From an uncultured Gemmatimonadaceae bacterium (GTDB taxonomy: Bacteria; Gemmatimonadota; Gemmatimonadetes; Gemmatimonadales; Gemmatimonadaceae), in contig CAWAGQ010000002.1 of assembly GCA_963781585.1 (NCBI GenBank), positions 128,001 to 192,000 of the forward strand: 64,000 nt of DNA. The letters run 5' to 3'. Positions 9,228 through 23,208 of this stretch are shown piece after piece. The notes under the pieces were generated by a model. It saw nothing but the letters and a program-made list of their open reading frames with translations. It made no database searches and was not told the DNA's origin. The translations under genes were made by a program, and so were the position numbers. Numbering within the stretch: the stretch's first letter is position 1; each line of letters starts with the position of its first letter.

Positions 9228-12062
9228 TCAGTTGGCGGGGATCACCAGACTGCTGATCCTGCCGATTCCGCATCCGGACGGATTCTGGTCCGCGAACGGG
9301 CCGAACGTCCCCCCGGAGTTGATGAAGAACGACGGTCCGTGGATGTGGTCGCTGTCGCAATTGGGGAGATGGGTGTGAGCGATCGTGACGCCGGAGAATG
9401 CGGACAACGGGATTTGCGTTCCCGCCGGGAAGGGACCGTAATCGTTGGCCAGGGTCACGACCTTGACGCTCACCGTACCGTGGACATCGACCGTGAGGTC
9501 GACGCTTTCCGGCCCCTGGGTGGCAGTGACCCTGACCTGACCGGTGAACGACTTGGCTTGTGAGCAGTTGAACTTCACCGTGACGGTGCGACTCTCCCCC
9601 GGAGGAATGGTGACCGTTCCTCCCACGATATCGATCACCGTCGAGCCGACCACGACGCTGCTGATGCCCATGGGAGTGGTGCCGTTGTTGGTGACGGTGA
9701 ACGTGCCGAGGGTTTGCGGGCACGCCGTGTCGCCGACGACGTGGACTGCATCGATGGTCTGCGTGCTGAGTTGCGCGCAGTCCTTGCCGTCCACGCCGTC
9801 ATTGAAGCTGCTCGTGACGGTACCTGCGCCATGGAGGGTGGTCGACTGCCCCCCTTTTGTTCCTTTGACGCCGTGAGTCTGGCCATCGCGTCCGTTCCCG
9901 CCATTGGCGGTGGTGATGATCGTGTAGCCGCCGTCGGCAGCCTTGCCTCCCAGTCCCATGCCTCCCTGGCCGTCCTCACCGCTGGCCGGTCCGCCGTTGC
10001 CGCCGCGCCCCCCGTGTTGCAGATCGGGGCATTCCTTCCATCCCAGGCCGCCGTTCCCATTGGACCACGCGCCGAATCCTCCCGTGCCCCCCGGGGCGAT
10101 CAGCGGAGCGCCGGTTCCCAGTCCCTTGGCCAGCGCGTCACCGCCCATGCCGCCGAACGTCTTGATCGCACCACCGTAGCCCCCGTCCTTGAGGGGATCG
10201 GTGCCGTCGCCTCCATTGCCACCCGCGGACGTGGCTGCACCGCCCATCCCCCCGACGCCGCCGGTGACGTTTGCATTCCCGGCACCGATCACGTTGCCAA
10301 ACGCGGTGAGCGACACGGCCGGCACGCTTCCGCCCTTGCCGCCGTGCGACTCGGCATCGCCACCGTCCTGCGTGCGCGTCGTCCCGACGCCCGGTGTGCC
10401 GTTCGCGCCCGTCGCGGTCGCCACGCCGCCCTGGCCGCCACTCCCCAGTTCGATCGTGAACGGGTCCGTGACCTGAATTCCGCCGCTGCCCGAGATCTGG
10501 ACCAGGCCCGGCGACGCGCCGTCGCCACCTGTCGCTTTCGCGTTCGCGGCCTTGGCCGGATTCACGGTGCCCGACACGCCGGTCGCGGTGGCCGACCCCC
10601 CGATGCCCCCGTTACCCGACTTGATCCGGTTGCCGGTTCCTACGAACACCACCTTACCGGTCGACCGCACGCGGATCAGACCGCCCTTGCCTCCGTTCCC
10701 GCCTGACGCATCGGCGGATGTCTGGCTGTTGTGCGTGCCCGGGCCGCCGTTACCACCGTTCTGCCCTTCGACATCGGCGCCCCCTGCCAGTGCGAGATCC
10801 GCGCCGCGGCACTGCAGGGTGAAGGTCGCGCCATCGCTCCCGTTACCACCATGTTGCCCCGCCGAGCCGCTCGGAGCGTCAGGCGGCGCCGGGAAATTCG
10901 AGTGACCCACGCTGCCGCAGACCAGTGGCGTGCCCGCCGCACCCGTGTTTTGCGAGTGGGCCTCCAGACCGACACTGGAGCCCGCGATGAAGAAGTCGTT
11001 GTCGGTGAGCGTGGAGTCGTTCTCGATCTCGAGCGCACCCGCCCGTCGGATCGTAGCCCCCTCGATGGTGAAACCACCGCCCGCGTAGATCTTGAGGCGG
11101 GGCGGATTCTCAGGTTGCACGGCGCAGCTGTTGTCCAGCGTGCCGGTCACGCTCACGGCCTGCTCGCTGTTGATCGCGATCGCCACGCAGTTCCCCTGCA
11201 TCGTCCCGGAGATGTCGACCGCTTCGTCCGCATCGATTGTCACATCGCCGGAAACGGTGACCGTGCGCCCTGCAGCAATCGTCATGCTGGTCACCTGCAC
11301 CGTCCCAGTTGTGAACGTCGTATCCTTGGACGGATTCAGAACCACCACCTGCCCCTGGGCCGAAAAGGTCACGGGATTCCCGGTGATACCGGAGCCCGTC
11401 AGGCTGGCGGTCATGGTGTTCGCTCCCTGCGCAGGACCGAGCGTCCACGAGTCGAGCGTCGCAACGCCATCCGCACCCGTCTGAGCGCTGCCGGGAGTGA
11501 CGCTCCCGCCGCCGGCGGTGACGGCGAACGTCACCGTCACGCTGCCGATCGGATTGTCGAACTGGTCGGTGACCCGAACCGACGGCCGCACGGACACCGC
11601 GTGATGCGCAACCGCGGTCTGATTGTCGCCGGCAGTCTTTTCCAGTTTGGCCGGCGGTCCGGCAGCCGCCGTCGCGGTGAACGTCACCGGGCTTCCGGAG
11701 GCGCCGGAAACCGTCGCGGAAAGTGTGTTCGTGCCGGTGGCGTGCCCCAGGACCCACGAGCCCGCGGCCGCAACGCCGCTCGCATTGGTCGTCGAGGTCG
11801 CGCCGGTAACCGTCCCACCGCCTGACGCCACGGCGAACGTGACGGCAACGCCGGAGACGGGCTGAGACGATCGGGTGACCTTCACGGAGGGCGCGGTGCC
11901 TACTGCCTGCCCCACCGTTCCGTTCTGGCCGTCTCCCGATGCGATTGCGACTGCCAGGGGACCGGACGGTCCGGTCGATTTGTCCCCACCGCCGCATCCG
12001 AACGATAGAAGAATGCACGCAATGCCAAGCGCGCCGGCCGGCGCGAACGTGATCCGTCGCAT
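9228..12062 (-). CDS. Large lipoprotein/surface protein with Ig-like (Big) domains and a Gly-rich repeat region
   Basis: Lipobox-like 'LSFGC', two 'GDGQ/GDNQ...VTFAV..GGG.V' Big_1-like repeats, many GGNGG/GGxGG motifs. Confidence 0.7.
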   Translation of the reverse strand: MRRITFAPAGALGIACILLSFGCGGGDKSTGPSGPLAVAIASGDGQNGTVGQAVGTAPSVKVTRSSQPVSGVAVTFAVASGGGTVTGATSTTNASGVAAAGSWVLGHATGTNTLSATVSGASGSPVTFTATAAAGPPAKLEKTAGDNQTAVAHHAVSVRPSVRVTDQFDNPIGSVTVTFAVTAGGGSVTPGSAQTGADGVATLDSWTLGPAQGANTMTASLTGSGITGNPVTFSAQGQVVVLNPSKDTTFTTGTVQVTSMTIAAGRTVTVSGDVTIDADEAVDISGTMQGNCVAIAINSEQAVSVTGTLDNSCAVQPENPPRLKIYAGGGFTIEGATIRRAGALEIENDSTLTDNDFFIAGSSVGLEAHSQNTGAAGTPLVCGSVGHSNFPAPPDAPSGSAGQHGGNGSDGATFTLQCRGADLALAGGADVEGQNGGNGGPGTHNSQTSADASGGNGGKGGLIRVRSTGKVVFVGTGNRIKSGNGGIGGSATATGVSGTVNPAKAANAKATGGDGASPGLVQISGSGGIQVTDPFTIELGSGGQGGVATATGANGTPGVGTTRTQDGGDAESHGGKGGSVPAVSLTAFGNVIGAGNANVTGGVGGMGGAATSAGGNGGDGTDPLKDGGYGGAIKTFGGMGGDALAKGLGTGAPLIAPGGTGGFGAWSNGNGGLGWKECPDLQHGGRGGNGGPASGEDGQGGMGLGGKAADGGYTIITTANGGNGRDGQTHGVKGTKGGQSTTLHGAGTVTSSFNDGVDGKDCAQLSTQTIDAVHVVGDTACPQTLGTFTVTNNGTTPMGISSVVVGSTVIDIVGGTVTIPPGESRTVTVKFNCSQAKSFTGQVRVTATQGPESVDLTVDVHGTVSVKVVTLANDYGPFPAGTQIPLSAFSGVTIAHTHLPNCDSDHIHGPSFFINSGGTFGPFADQNPSGCGIGRISSLVIPAN

Positions 12063-12282
12063 GGGAACTCCTGGGGGGAGAGTCCGGCCACATTAGCCCG
12101 CTCTAACGCTCGGTGTCAAGAAGTGCACGAGGTCGGTTGGTATCGCCAATCGCGGTCTCGGCGGAGCAGGGACGGCCGCCGCGCGAGCGACACTCCAGTC
12201 GGTGTCGGCAATCCGGACCGGGGTGTGGACTGGTGCACTCGCCCTGGTCGGCCACGATCGAACGACTGGCGACGATGATAGG

Positions 12283-15987
<3,705 letters not shown>

Positions 15988-15995
15988 TGGCGGGA

Positions 15996-16080
15996 TAGGC
16001 CATGGTCATAGGCCATAGGCAGCCATAGGCCATAGGTCATAGGTCATACAGGCCAAAGGCCAGAGGCCATAGGCCATAGG
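15996..16080. repeat. Heptamer tandem array (GG[C/T]CATA-type) between imuB and dnaE2
   Basis: Repeated ggccata/ggtcata/ggccaaa/ggccaga units. Confidence 0.9.
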
Positions 16081-16093
16081 GATGTCGCTGCGG

Positions 16094-18202
16094 TCAGTCG
16101 TACCAACCCTGCACATACCAGCCACCTTCCGCGGCTGCGCCATCGCGAAAGAGCACGAGATCGCCTTCTCCCTCTGCTTCCTCGCACCGCCAGTAGTCGC
16201 GCGCATATCCGTCCTTCCACCAATCGCCCGACAGGCGCTCGGGTCCGACGGTGCGCTCGATGCGCACCCGTCGCCCTCGCCACCAGAGCACGCGCGGCGC
16301 ACCGTCTTCGCACTCGACCTCCACGGACTCGGGAGGCTCGAGTTGGCGGAGTGCCCGGGTGAGGGGTGGCAGAGAGCCGGCGCCGGGCGACGGGTTTGCG
16401 CTTCGACCCACGCCGTCGCTCTCCACGATCCGCGGGTGTCGCGACACGCCGGGTTCCCCGTCGCTTCTCGTACCGCGGCGTGGTTCCCGGTGCGGCTGGT
16501 CTCTGCCTGGCATCGGGGGTTCATCGTCCGGCGTTTCCAGTCCCACCCATGCGCCTGCGCGTTCCGGCCGGTGCTCGTCACGCACCACGGGGAAGACCAC
16601 CGCGTCGGGGCCGAGTTCCGCACGCAGGCGCGCGAAGGCGGCATCGGCGGCCGCCGGGTCGCGCCATGAGGGGTCGAGCAGGTCGCCCTGTTCGCCGGTG
16701 AGTGGCGCGGTGGCGGTGATGGCCACGGTCACACCGCACACCGGCGCCGAGAGCGTCCAGCGGTCGAGGAGGGCGCGGCATCGTTCGAGCAGCGGCACCG
16801 ACCGTGCGAGCGGGCGGGCGAGGCGCATTTCGCGCGTGATCGTGTGGGCCGGTGCGTCGGGGAGAGCGCTGCGCGGGTCGTCGAGCGTGAGGGTGATCGC
16901 CACCGTCGCGGCGGCCCGTCCATCGGCAACGAGCTCACGCACCAGCCGGTCGAGGGCGGCCCGGACCAGGAAGAGCACGGGTTGCATCGCGGACACGCTC
17001 GGGGCGAGGTCGGCCGAGGCGGATCGTGGCGCATCGGCGCGGGCCAGCAGCGGACGGCGGTGGTCCTCGCCGCGCGCCAGGCGCCAGGCGGCGAGACCGG
17101 CGTTTCCCCAGCGTCGCTCGACGTCTTCTGCGGAGAAGGCGGCGAACGCACCGGCGGTACGGATGCCTAACGCCTTGAGCGTCTCTCGCAGTTCCTCGTC
17201 CATGGGGACGAGTCCGAGCGGGACATTGGCCAGGTAGGCGGCGCACCGGCCGGGGGGGACGATGACGATCGGGTCGGGCGTCCGGGATCGGGAATCCGGA
17301 GGGAGGCCGGAAGCGCGCGCCGGAGGCCGGAGGGGAGGCGGGGGCGTTTCCGGTGCGCGGGGGGTGGTTCCGGCTTCCGGTCTCCGTCCCGCCAGTTCCC
17401 AGGTGCCGGCGCGCGCCGCGACACACGAGTCGGCGATGGCCACGCGGGCGCGCGGGTGCCAGCGGCGCGCGCGATGCAGCAGGGCGCTGCCAGCGCGCGT
17501 TCGCCGCCTAACGCTTCGAGTCCGGCGGCGCCGACCCACCAGAGTCCCGGCGCACCGGCGACCGGAGTGACCTGGGGGCTGGCGGCGAGGAAGGCGGCGG
17601 TGGCGCGCCGGACTTCGTCGGCGATGGTGGTGGCGTCCCACGGGAGCACGGCGAGCGCGGCGCATCGCGCCCGTGCTTCGGTGGTGGTCATGCCGGCGCG
17701 GACCCGGTGGTGCGCGGCGGCGGCGGTGACTGCACAGAGCCGTGGCCCTCGGCGAGGGCGATGGGGAGATCATCCCAGTGTGGCGATGGAACGATGGGAG
17801 ACGCGTTGGAATGGTGACGCGCCGCGGTGGTGGAAGCGGTATGCTGAATAGCGGGGGGGGGCCCAGTGGCCGTCCGTTACCGCCCGGTTTCCCCAGCGAG
17901 GAGGAATCCGTCGCGGCCGACGACCGGCTCGGCACACCGGCGCTTGCGGGGGAGCGAGAAGCCGGTGTCCCGGGATCGCAGTCCGACATCGGACTGGCCG
18001 ACGGGTTCGCTCCGTCCTGCCGTTTCCGGCTGCTGGACGGCGCCGCCTTCCGGTCGTCTGTCTCCAGCTCGAGCGCCAACTGGCCGCCTGGCGCCAGGAA
18101 CGTCGGGAGCGGCGCGTTCCCCCCGGCGATTGCGTGGTGCCACACCGCGCCGATCGGGAACCTCGGAATACGCACACAGGCGATGCGTCCTGTCGATCGC
18201 AC
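16094..18202 (-). CDS. imuB: ImuB, inactive Y-family polymerase-like protein (2-3 frameshifts between about 17480 and 17800)
   Basis: N-terminus 'RIACVRIPRFPIGAVW', 'HWDDLPIAL', 'VRAGMTTTEARARC', 'LKALGIRT', 'DEHRPERA', C-terminus 'GPERLSGDWW...RDYW...WYVQGWYD'. Directly upstream of dnaE2. Confidence 0.85.
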   Translation of the reverse strand: MRSTGRIACVRIPRFPIGAVWHHAIAGGNAPLPTFLAPGGQLALELETDDRKAAPSSSRKRQDGANPSASPMSDCDPGTPASRSPASAGVPSRSSAATDSSSLGKPGGNGRPLGPPPLFSIPLPPPRRVTIPTRLPSFHRHTGMISPSPSPRATALCSHRRRRAPPGPRRHDHHRSTGAMRRARRAPVGRHHHRRRSPARHRRLPRRQPPGHSGRRCAGTLVGRRRRTRSVRRRTRAGSALLHRARRWHPRARVAIADSCVAARAGTWELAGRRPEAGTTPRAPETPPPPLRPPARASGLPPDSRSRTPDPIVIVPPGRCAAYLANVPLGLVPMDEELRETLKALGIRTAGAFAAFSAEDVERRWGNAGLAAWRLARGEDHRRPLLARADAPRSASADLAPSVSAMQPVLFLVRAALDRLVRELVADGRAAATVAITLTLDDPRSALPDAPAHTITREMRLARPLARSVPLLERCRALLDRWTLSAPVCGVTVAITATAPLTGEQGDLLDPSWRDPAAADAAFARLRAELGPDAVVFPVVRDEHRPERAGAWVGLETPDDEPPMPGRDQPHREPRRGTRSDGEPGVSRHPRIVESDGVGRSANPSPGAGSLPPLTRALRQLEPPESVEVECEDGAPRVLWWRGRRVRIERTVGPERLSGDWWKDGYARDYWRCEEAEGEGDLVLFRDGAAAEGGWYVQGWYD

Positions 18203-18915
18203 AACTGACCTCCACCGGGTGATGCCGTCCGCCCTTTTCCACCGCGACGCACAGCATGCTCGCCGAGCGCCGGGACACCGAGACCGACCGGAGGGGAGGA
18301 GCGTGGCCACGAAGTCCGCCCTCCGACTTCCGATCGGTCGTCGCCTGCTCATTCGTAATCGCACCGCGCTTCCCACTCCTCCTCCGGCGCGGGTAGCCGG
18401 GTCCACTCGCTCGTCACCCACCACCACCAGCGCGGCGTCGTGATCGCGTGCCAGCCGCGTGAGGCGAACAGCAACCGGCCGTGAGAGCGGGGGCCCACCG
18501 TCGAGCACCACCAGGCCGAACGCCCCGCTTCGCAACAGGACGTCCGCGCACCAGGCACTCCGGCTGGCATCCGGCGGCCGGATGACCCACAGATGTTTCT
18601 CCGCCTCTCCCCGCTCCCGCTTTCCGGTTCTCCGCGCCTCGTTAAGGCGGTCCAGTCGCGCGGCGCCAGTGTCCGCGTCGCGTCGACGTAGGCCACCCAG
18701 CGCCGGGCCGCGATGGCGCCGGCCACGATCTGCCTGACGAGGGTCGTCTTCCCGCTTCCCCGTGCGCCGATGATCTCGGTGAGCCGGCCGTACGGGACGC
18801 CGCCGTCCGACAGCGCCCGATCGAGCGCCGCGATGCCGGTGGGTATCGCCGCCCCGCCGGCGCGCGGCGGGGCGAGAAAGACAGCGAGTTGCTGGCGAAG
18901 CGCGGCGAGAGACAT
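17877..18915 (-). CDS. imuA: ImuA / RecA-like mutagenesis protein (frameshifts at about 18640 and 18280; 3' end overlaps imuB and is uncertain)
   Basis: 'IPTGIAALDRAL..GGVPYGRLTEIIGARGSGKTT', 'VAYVD', 'WCADVLLRSGAFGLVVLD', 'VEKGG...VEVSCAI'. Confidence 0.8.
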
Positions 18916-18926
18916 GGGTTGTTGGG

Positions 18927-19028
18927 AGGCCAGAGGTCATAGGTCATAGGCCATAGGTCATAGGCCAAAGGCCAAAGGTCATAGGCCAAAGGCCAAAGGC
19001 CAAAGGCCAAAGGCCAAAGGCCATGGCC
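18927..19028. repeat. Heptamer tandem array (about 14 units GG[C/T]CA[T/A/G]A) between the radical SAM gene and imuA
   Basis: ggccaga ggtcata ggtcata ggccata ggtcata ggccaaa ggccaaa ggtcata then a run of ggccaaa units. Confidence 0.92.
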
Positions 19029-19042
19029 TCCGACGCGAACGC

Positions 19043-20263
19043 CTAACGCGTGACATCGGCCGGCCCGAAATGGAGCTCGCCCTGCATCCCTGCCTCGGTC
19101 GCCGCAGAGGCGCGCGGCGCTCCAACGCGCCCGCCGCCTCCAGGTGCCCGCCCGCCGGGCACGATCGCCGTGGCCCGGAATGCCAGCGGCTCCTCCGCAC
19201 CCTCCTTCTCCACCCCGTAGCGGATGCCAGCCTCCCGGCACTGCCGGCGCAGAAAGCGCCGCAGCCCATCCCGATACCGGTCGCTCATCTGATGGCTCTC
19301 CGCGTACGCGGCCCGATACCGGGCGGCCAGATCGGGAAACTCCGCTTCGATGAACGGGAGATAGCGATGCCGCGCCGTGGCCTGCAGCCGGAGCGCGCAG
19401 GCGCTGACGTGGGAGGCGCCCGCACCGGCCACGCGCCTGACGAGCTCGCGCAACATCCCGGGCCGGTCGGTCAGTCCGGGCAGCACCGGCATGATGTTCA
19501 CCCCCGTATCGATGCCGGCGGCCGACAGGCGCGCCACGGCCCGGAGCCGCGCCTCCGGCGTCGGCGCCCGCGGTTCGATGCGGCGGGCCAGCTCGCGATC
19601 GAGCGTGATGAGCGACACGTGCACGGTGAGCGCCGACCGCGCCACGAGCGCCGTCAGGATGTCGATGTCGCGCGTAATGAGCGGACTCTTGGTGACGATC
19701 CCCACCGAGAGTCCGCGCTCCGCCGCCAGGACCTCGAGGATCGCGCGAGTGACGCGAAAGGTCCGTTCCGCCGGTTGATAAGGATCGGTCGCCGTGCCGA
19801 TCGCGATTCGCTCTCCGGTGGTCAATCGGGTGAGACGATCGGCGAACGCGCGCCGGCTCCGCGAATGGCGCGCAGCATCCCGGGCGCGCAACTGCATGCG
19901 CAACACCTCGGCTGCGTTCCGCTTGACGAAGATCCGCCGCTCGAATGCCAGCCACGGCGGCAATTCGGTGAGTTCTTCGGCAACCGTTGCGGCTGGCGCA
20001 GTCGCCACCGTGCGCTCGGCGGCATACCGGTGCGCATAGCGCGCATAACAGTAGGCGCACCCGAACGCGCAGCCCACGTAGGGGTTGATCGACCAGAATT
20101 CCATTCCGGTCGATTCCGGCGGGTTGAGCACCCCCTTCGCCACTGTGTCGTAGTAGCGAATGTCCTTGCGGGTGCCGATCAGGCCCGGGATCGGACGATG
20201 CCGGCCGGCATCGTCAGCCTGGCTCACGGGAAAGAGGGAAGGGCTCACCAGGTTGTGGCTCAT
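19043..20263 (-). CDS. Radical SAM protein, SplB/Rv2578c-like
   Basis: 'SINPYVGCAFGCAYCYAR' CxxxCxxC, 'GTATDPYQPAE', 'IVTKSPLITRDID', 'IEPRAPTPEARL'. Confidence 0.92.
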   Translation of the reverse strand: MSHNLVSPSLFPVSQADDAGRHRPIPGLIGTRKDIRYYDTVAKGVLNPPESTGMEFWSINPYVGCAFGCAYCYARYAHRYAAERTVATAPAATVAEELTELPPWLAFERRIFVKRNAAEVLRMQLRARDAARHSRSRRAFADRLTRLTTGERIAIGTATDPYQPAERTFRVTRAILEVLAAERGLSVGIVTKSPLITRDIDILTALVARSALTVHVSLITLDRELARRIEPRAPTPEARLRAVARLSAAGIDTGVNIMPVLPGLTDRPGMLRELVRRVAGAGASHVSACALRLQATARHRYLPFIEAEFPDLAARYRAAYAESHQMSDRYRDGLRRFLRRQCREAGIRYGVEKEGAEEPLAFRATAIVPGGRAPGGGGRVGAPRASAATEAGMQGELHFGPADVTR

Positions 20264-20360
20264 AGATCAACTCACAGTTCACAGCTCATAGCTCAAGGTC
20301 GAAGACCGGAGGTCGGAGACACGCATCCGCGCTCAGCCCACCGGAGATTCCGACTCACAT

Positions 20361-20386
20361 ATACCGAACAAATACCGAAGATGCAA
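20361..20386 (-). promoter_or_regulatory. Candidate SOS operator/promoter of the mutagenesis cassette
   Basis: Direct repeat ATACCGAA at 20361 and 20372 (GAAC-N7-GAAG) next to a TTGCAT -35-like hexamer on the minus strand. Confidence 0.5.
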
Positions 20387-20496
20387 GACGGTGCTTTTCC
20401 CCGTACTCTGTCTGGTAGTGCAGGAAGTGGTTGGGCCCAAAAGGCTTCCGCGAGGCGAACCCAGCGCCAAGCTCCCCTCCTCCCAGCTATGCCCCC

Positions 20497-21873
20497 ATGA
20501 GCAACGAGCATGAGCCACGCGATGCCCGCACGCTGGCGCGCGCCATTCGACAACGCCGCGTGTCGCCGGTCGAAGTCGTCGACGCGCTGCTGCAACGCAT
20601 CGCGGAGCTCAATCCGATCCTCAACGCGTATCTCTCGGTGTTCGAGGAGCCCGCACGGGAGGCGGCGAAACGCGCTGAGCGGCGGACCGCCCGGAAAGGG
20701 GAGCTGGGTCCCCTCCACGGTGTTCCGGTTTCGCTCAAGGATCTGATTCTCACGACCGAAGCGCCGACCACCGCCGGGTCGCTGATCTTCGGCGACGGCC
20801 TGGTGGCCGAGCGCGACGCGCCGGTGGTGCGACGTCTGCGTCGCGCCGGGGCCATCATCATCGGCAAGACGAATCTCCACGAGGTCGCGTTAGGCGTCAC
20901 CAGCGACAACGAACATTTCGGCCCGGTGCGGAATCCCTGGGATCTCACGCGAGTGGCAGGCGGCTCGTCAGGCGGGTCGGCGGCAGCCGTGGCGGCCGGG
21001 CTCGGCCCGCTGTCGGTCGGCAGCGACACCCGCGGTTCGATCCGCATTCCGGCCGCCTGCTGCGGCGTGACCGGGCTCAAGCCGACGCGCGGCCGGGTAT
21101 CGACCGACGACGTGGTTCCACTCAGTCTCACACTCGACCATGTGGGCCCGATGGCGCGAAGCGCCGACGACTGCGCCCTGCTGCTGGACGCGATGCTGGG
21201 CCGGCGCGCCGGTGGCACGACGGCACGCGGAAGCGTGCGGGGAGCGCGGATCGGCATCTCCGAATACCACCTGCGCGATCTGGATACCGCCGTGCAGACG
21301 CTGGTGGAGGGCGCGCTCACCCGTCTGCAACGTCTCGGCTGCCGGCTGCACGCGGTCGACGTCTCCGGCCTGGATCCCGTGCAGGACGCATCAGTCGTGA
21401 TCACGGCATCCGAGGCGCTGGCGTACCACGATCCGATGCTGCGCGCGCGTCCGGAGGGCTACGGCCCACTGGTGCGAAAGCGGCTCGAGGGCGGCTCGCG
21501 CTGGAGCGCGGTGGACTACCTCCGCGCGATGACGGTGCGCGAAGCGGCCTGTTCCGTGTTCGCGCGCATCTTCACGGGAGTCGATTTTCTGGTGGGCGCC
21601 ACGATTCCGGCCCCGCCACCCCACATCGGTGAGCACGTCGCCTGGATCAACGGGCGCGAGGCTCACCTGGTGGACAGCTTCACACGACTCAACTCGCCGC
21701 AGAACATGGCGGGCGTGCCGGCTCTGGCGCTCCCCTGCGGCTTCTCGGCGGACGGACTTCCGGTGAGCTTCCAGCTCGTGGCGGCGCCCGGGCGGGACGA
21801 GCGCCTGCTCCGGCTCGGGGCGGCGTACCAGCGCGAGACCGACTGGCACACGCGCCTGCCGCCGTCGGCCTGA
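20497..21873 (+). CDS. Amidase (GatA/amidase signature family)
   Basis: 'GPLHGVPVSLKD', 'IGKTNLHE', 'GGSSGGSAAAVA', 'GSDTRGSIRIPAA'. Confidence 0.93.
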   Translation: MSNEHEPRDARTLARAIRQRRVSPVEVVDALLQRIAELNPILNAYLSVFEEPAREAAKRAERRTARKGELGPLHGVPVSLKDLILTTEAPTTAGSLIFGDGLVAERDAPVVRRLRRAGAIIIGKTNLHEVALGVTSDNEHFGPVRNPWDLTRVAGGSSGGSAAAVAAGLGPLSVGSDTRGSIRIPAACCGVTGLKPTRGRVSTDDVVPLSLTLDHVGPMARSADDCALLLDAMLGRRAGGTTARGSVRGARIGISEYHLRDLDTAVQTLVEGALTRLQRLGCRLHAVDVSGLDPVQDASVVITASEALAYHDPMLRARPEGYGPLVRKRLEGGSRWSAVDYLRAMTVREAACSVFARIFTGVDFLVGATIPAPPPHIGEHVAWINGREAHLVDSFTRLNSPQNMAGVPALALPCGFSADGLPVSFQLVAAPGRDERLLRLGAAYQRETDWHTRLPPSA

Positions 21874-21989
21874 CAGCGCAGCGGACCGGTCTCTCCCGGC
21901 GTATCTTTGGACGACCGCGATGCCGGGAAGGGCCGCGGCTCGCCTGCCTAACGCTGTGTCGTCTCCGCCACGCCTTGCCGGAATCCGCG

Positions 21990-22280
21990 ATGGCTCATCC
22001 GCTGTCGGACATCGAAATCCAGCGCGAGCTGGGGGCGCTCTCCGGCTGGTCCCGCCGCGGCCCCGCCATCACCCGCACGTTCGAGTTCGCCGGCTTCCGG
22101 GACGCCATCGCGTTCGTGAACCGGATCGCCGATGCCGCCGAGCGGATGGATCATCATCCGGATATCGACATCCGCTACACCCGGGTCACGTGCCAGCTCA
22201 GCACGCATTCGGCGGGAGGCATCACCCGCCGCGATTTCCTGCTGGCCGCGGCGATCGACCAGGCGGTCGAGCCGTCCTGA
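21990..22280 (+). CDS. Pterin-4-alpha-carbinolamine dehydratase
   Basis: 'AERMDHHPDIDIRY...LSTHSAGGIT'. Confidence 0.92.
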   Translation: MAHPLSDIEIQRELGALSGWSRRGPAITRTFEFAGFRDAIAFVNRIADAAERMDHHPDIDIRYTRVTCQLSTHSAGGITRRDFLLAAAIDQAVEPS

Positions 22281-22389
22281 CCCGGGGCCGGGTGGCCACT
22301 TTACAACGGCCGGAGCTATCCCTAGGAAGGAAACGACCCGCTGGCCTAATTCGCGATCGCGTCGGCGGCGCGCTCCGGACGGAGACGCG

Positions 22390-23074
22390 TCAGGAGTTCC
22401 GGCGGCCTCCTCCCAGCAGACTCAGGATCGCGACGAACATGTTCAGCAGGTCCAGATAGATCGCGACCGCGGCCAGAACGTAGTCGTCGGGCCCGAATCG
22501 ATTCCGCAGCCGCCAGGTGTCGAAGATCAGCAGCCCGCCGAACACCAGCACCGCCGCCGCCGAGAGCCAGAGCGACGCCGTCGCGCTCCGCACGAAGATG
22601 TTGATGAACGACGTGATGACCAGCACCCAGAGCCCGATCGTGAAGAACCCGCCCCAGGCGCTGAAATCGCGGCGGCTGGTCCAGGCGTAGACGGTGAGCA
22701 CGCCGAACGTGCTGGCGGTGATGAGCGCGGCCTGCCCCACGACCCCGGGCTGCGACTGCCCGTACACGTAGATCAACGGCGAGATCATCATCCCCGCGAT
22801 GAACGTGAACAGGAATACCAGGCCGATGTTGGCCGGGAACGCGTCACGGAAACGCTGCGCGGCGAACAACGGCGCGAACATGCAGATGAAGGTGATGATC
22901 GGGTGGGCCGCAACCGCCTGCAGGACGGCCGGCTGACTCGAGCGCGAACGCGGTGCCGGCCATGGTGACGAGCACGCTCGCCAGGACGAGCAGGTAGGTG
23001 CGCCGCACCAGCGTCGCGCGCTGCTCGCCGGTGCGAACCACGGTGGCATCAATGGGCCGATACGAGACACCCAT
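22390..23074 (-). CDS. Bax inhibitor-1/YccA family membrane protein (frameshift at about 22940)
   Basis: 'LVRRTYLLV', hydrophobic helices, 'RRDFS', 'LIFDTWRL', 'AVAIYLDLLNMF'. Confidence 0.88.
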
Positions 23075-23208
23075 GTCTTCTCCTCGGATGGTGGACCTCT
23101 CGGCCGGAATATAAGGCACCGGCGGGCCCACCCGAATACACCGAAGCGGGTCGCGGGAGCCGCGGGCGCGACACGCCCACGACTCCGGCGAATGCGTCGA
23201 GGGAACTG

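Noticed and set aside
16094..18940. Apparent 948-aa ImuA-ImuB fusion ORF
   Set aside because: It is produced by frameshifts. The ImuA N- and C-termini and part of ImuB lie in other frames.
18927..19028. Repeat arrays as CRISPR
   Set aside because: They are 7-bp tandem units without spacers, and no cas genes are present.
22285..22350. Possible three-way-junction RNA (hammerhead, SRP or riboswitch-like; contains GGAAGGAAAC)
   Set aside because: It lacks the CUGANGA hammerhead core and the SRP CAGG/AGCAG loop, and lies between convergent genes. It cannot be supported without an Rfam search.
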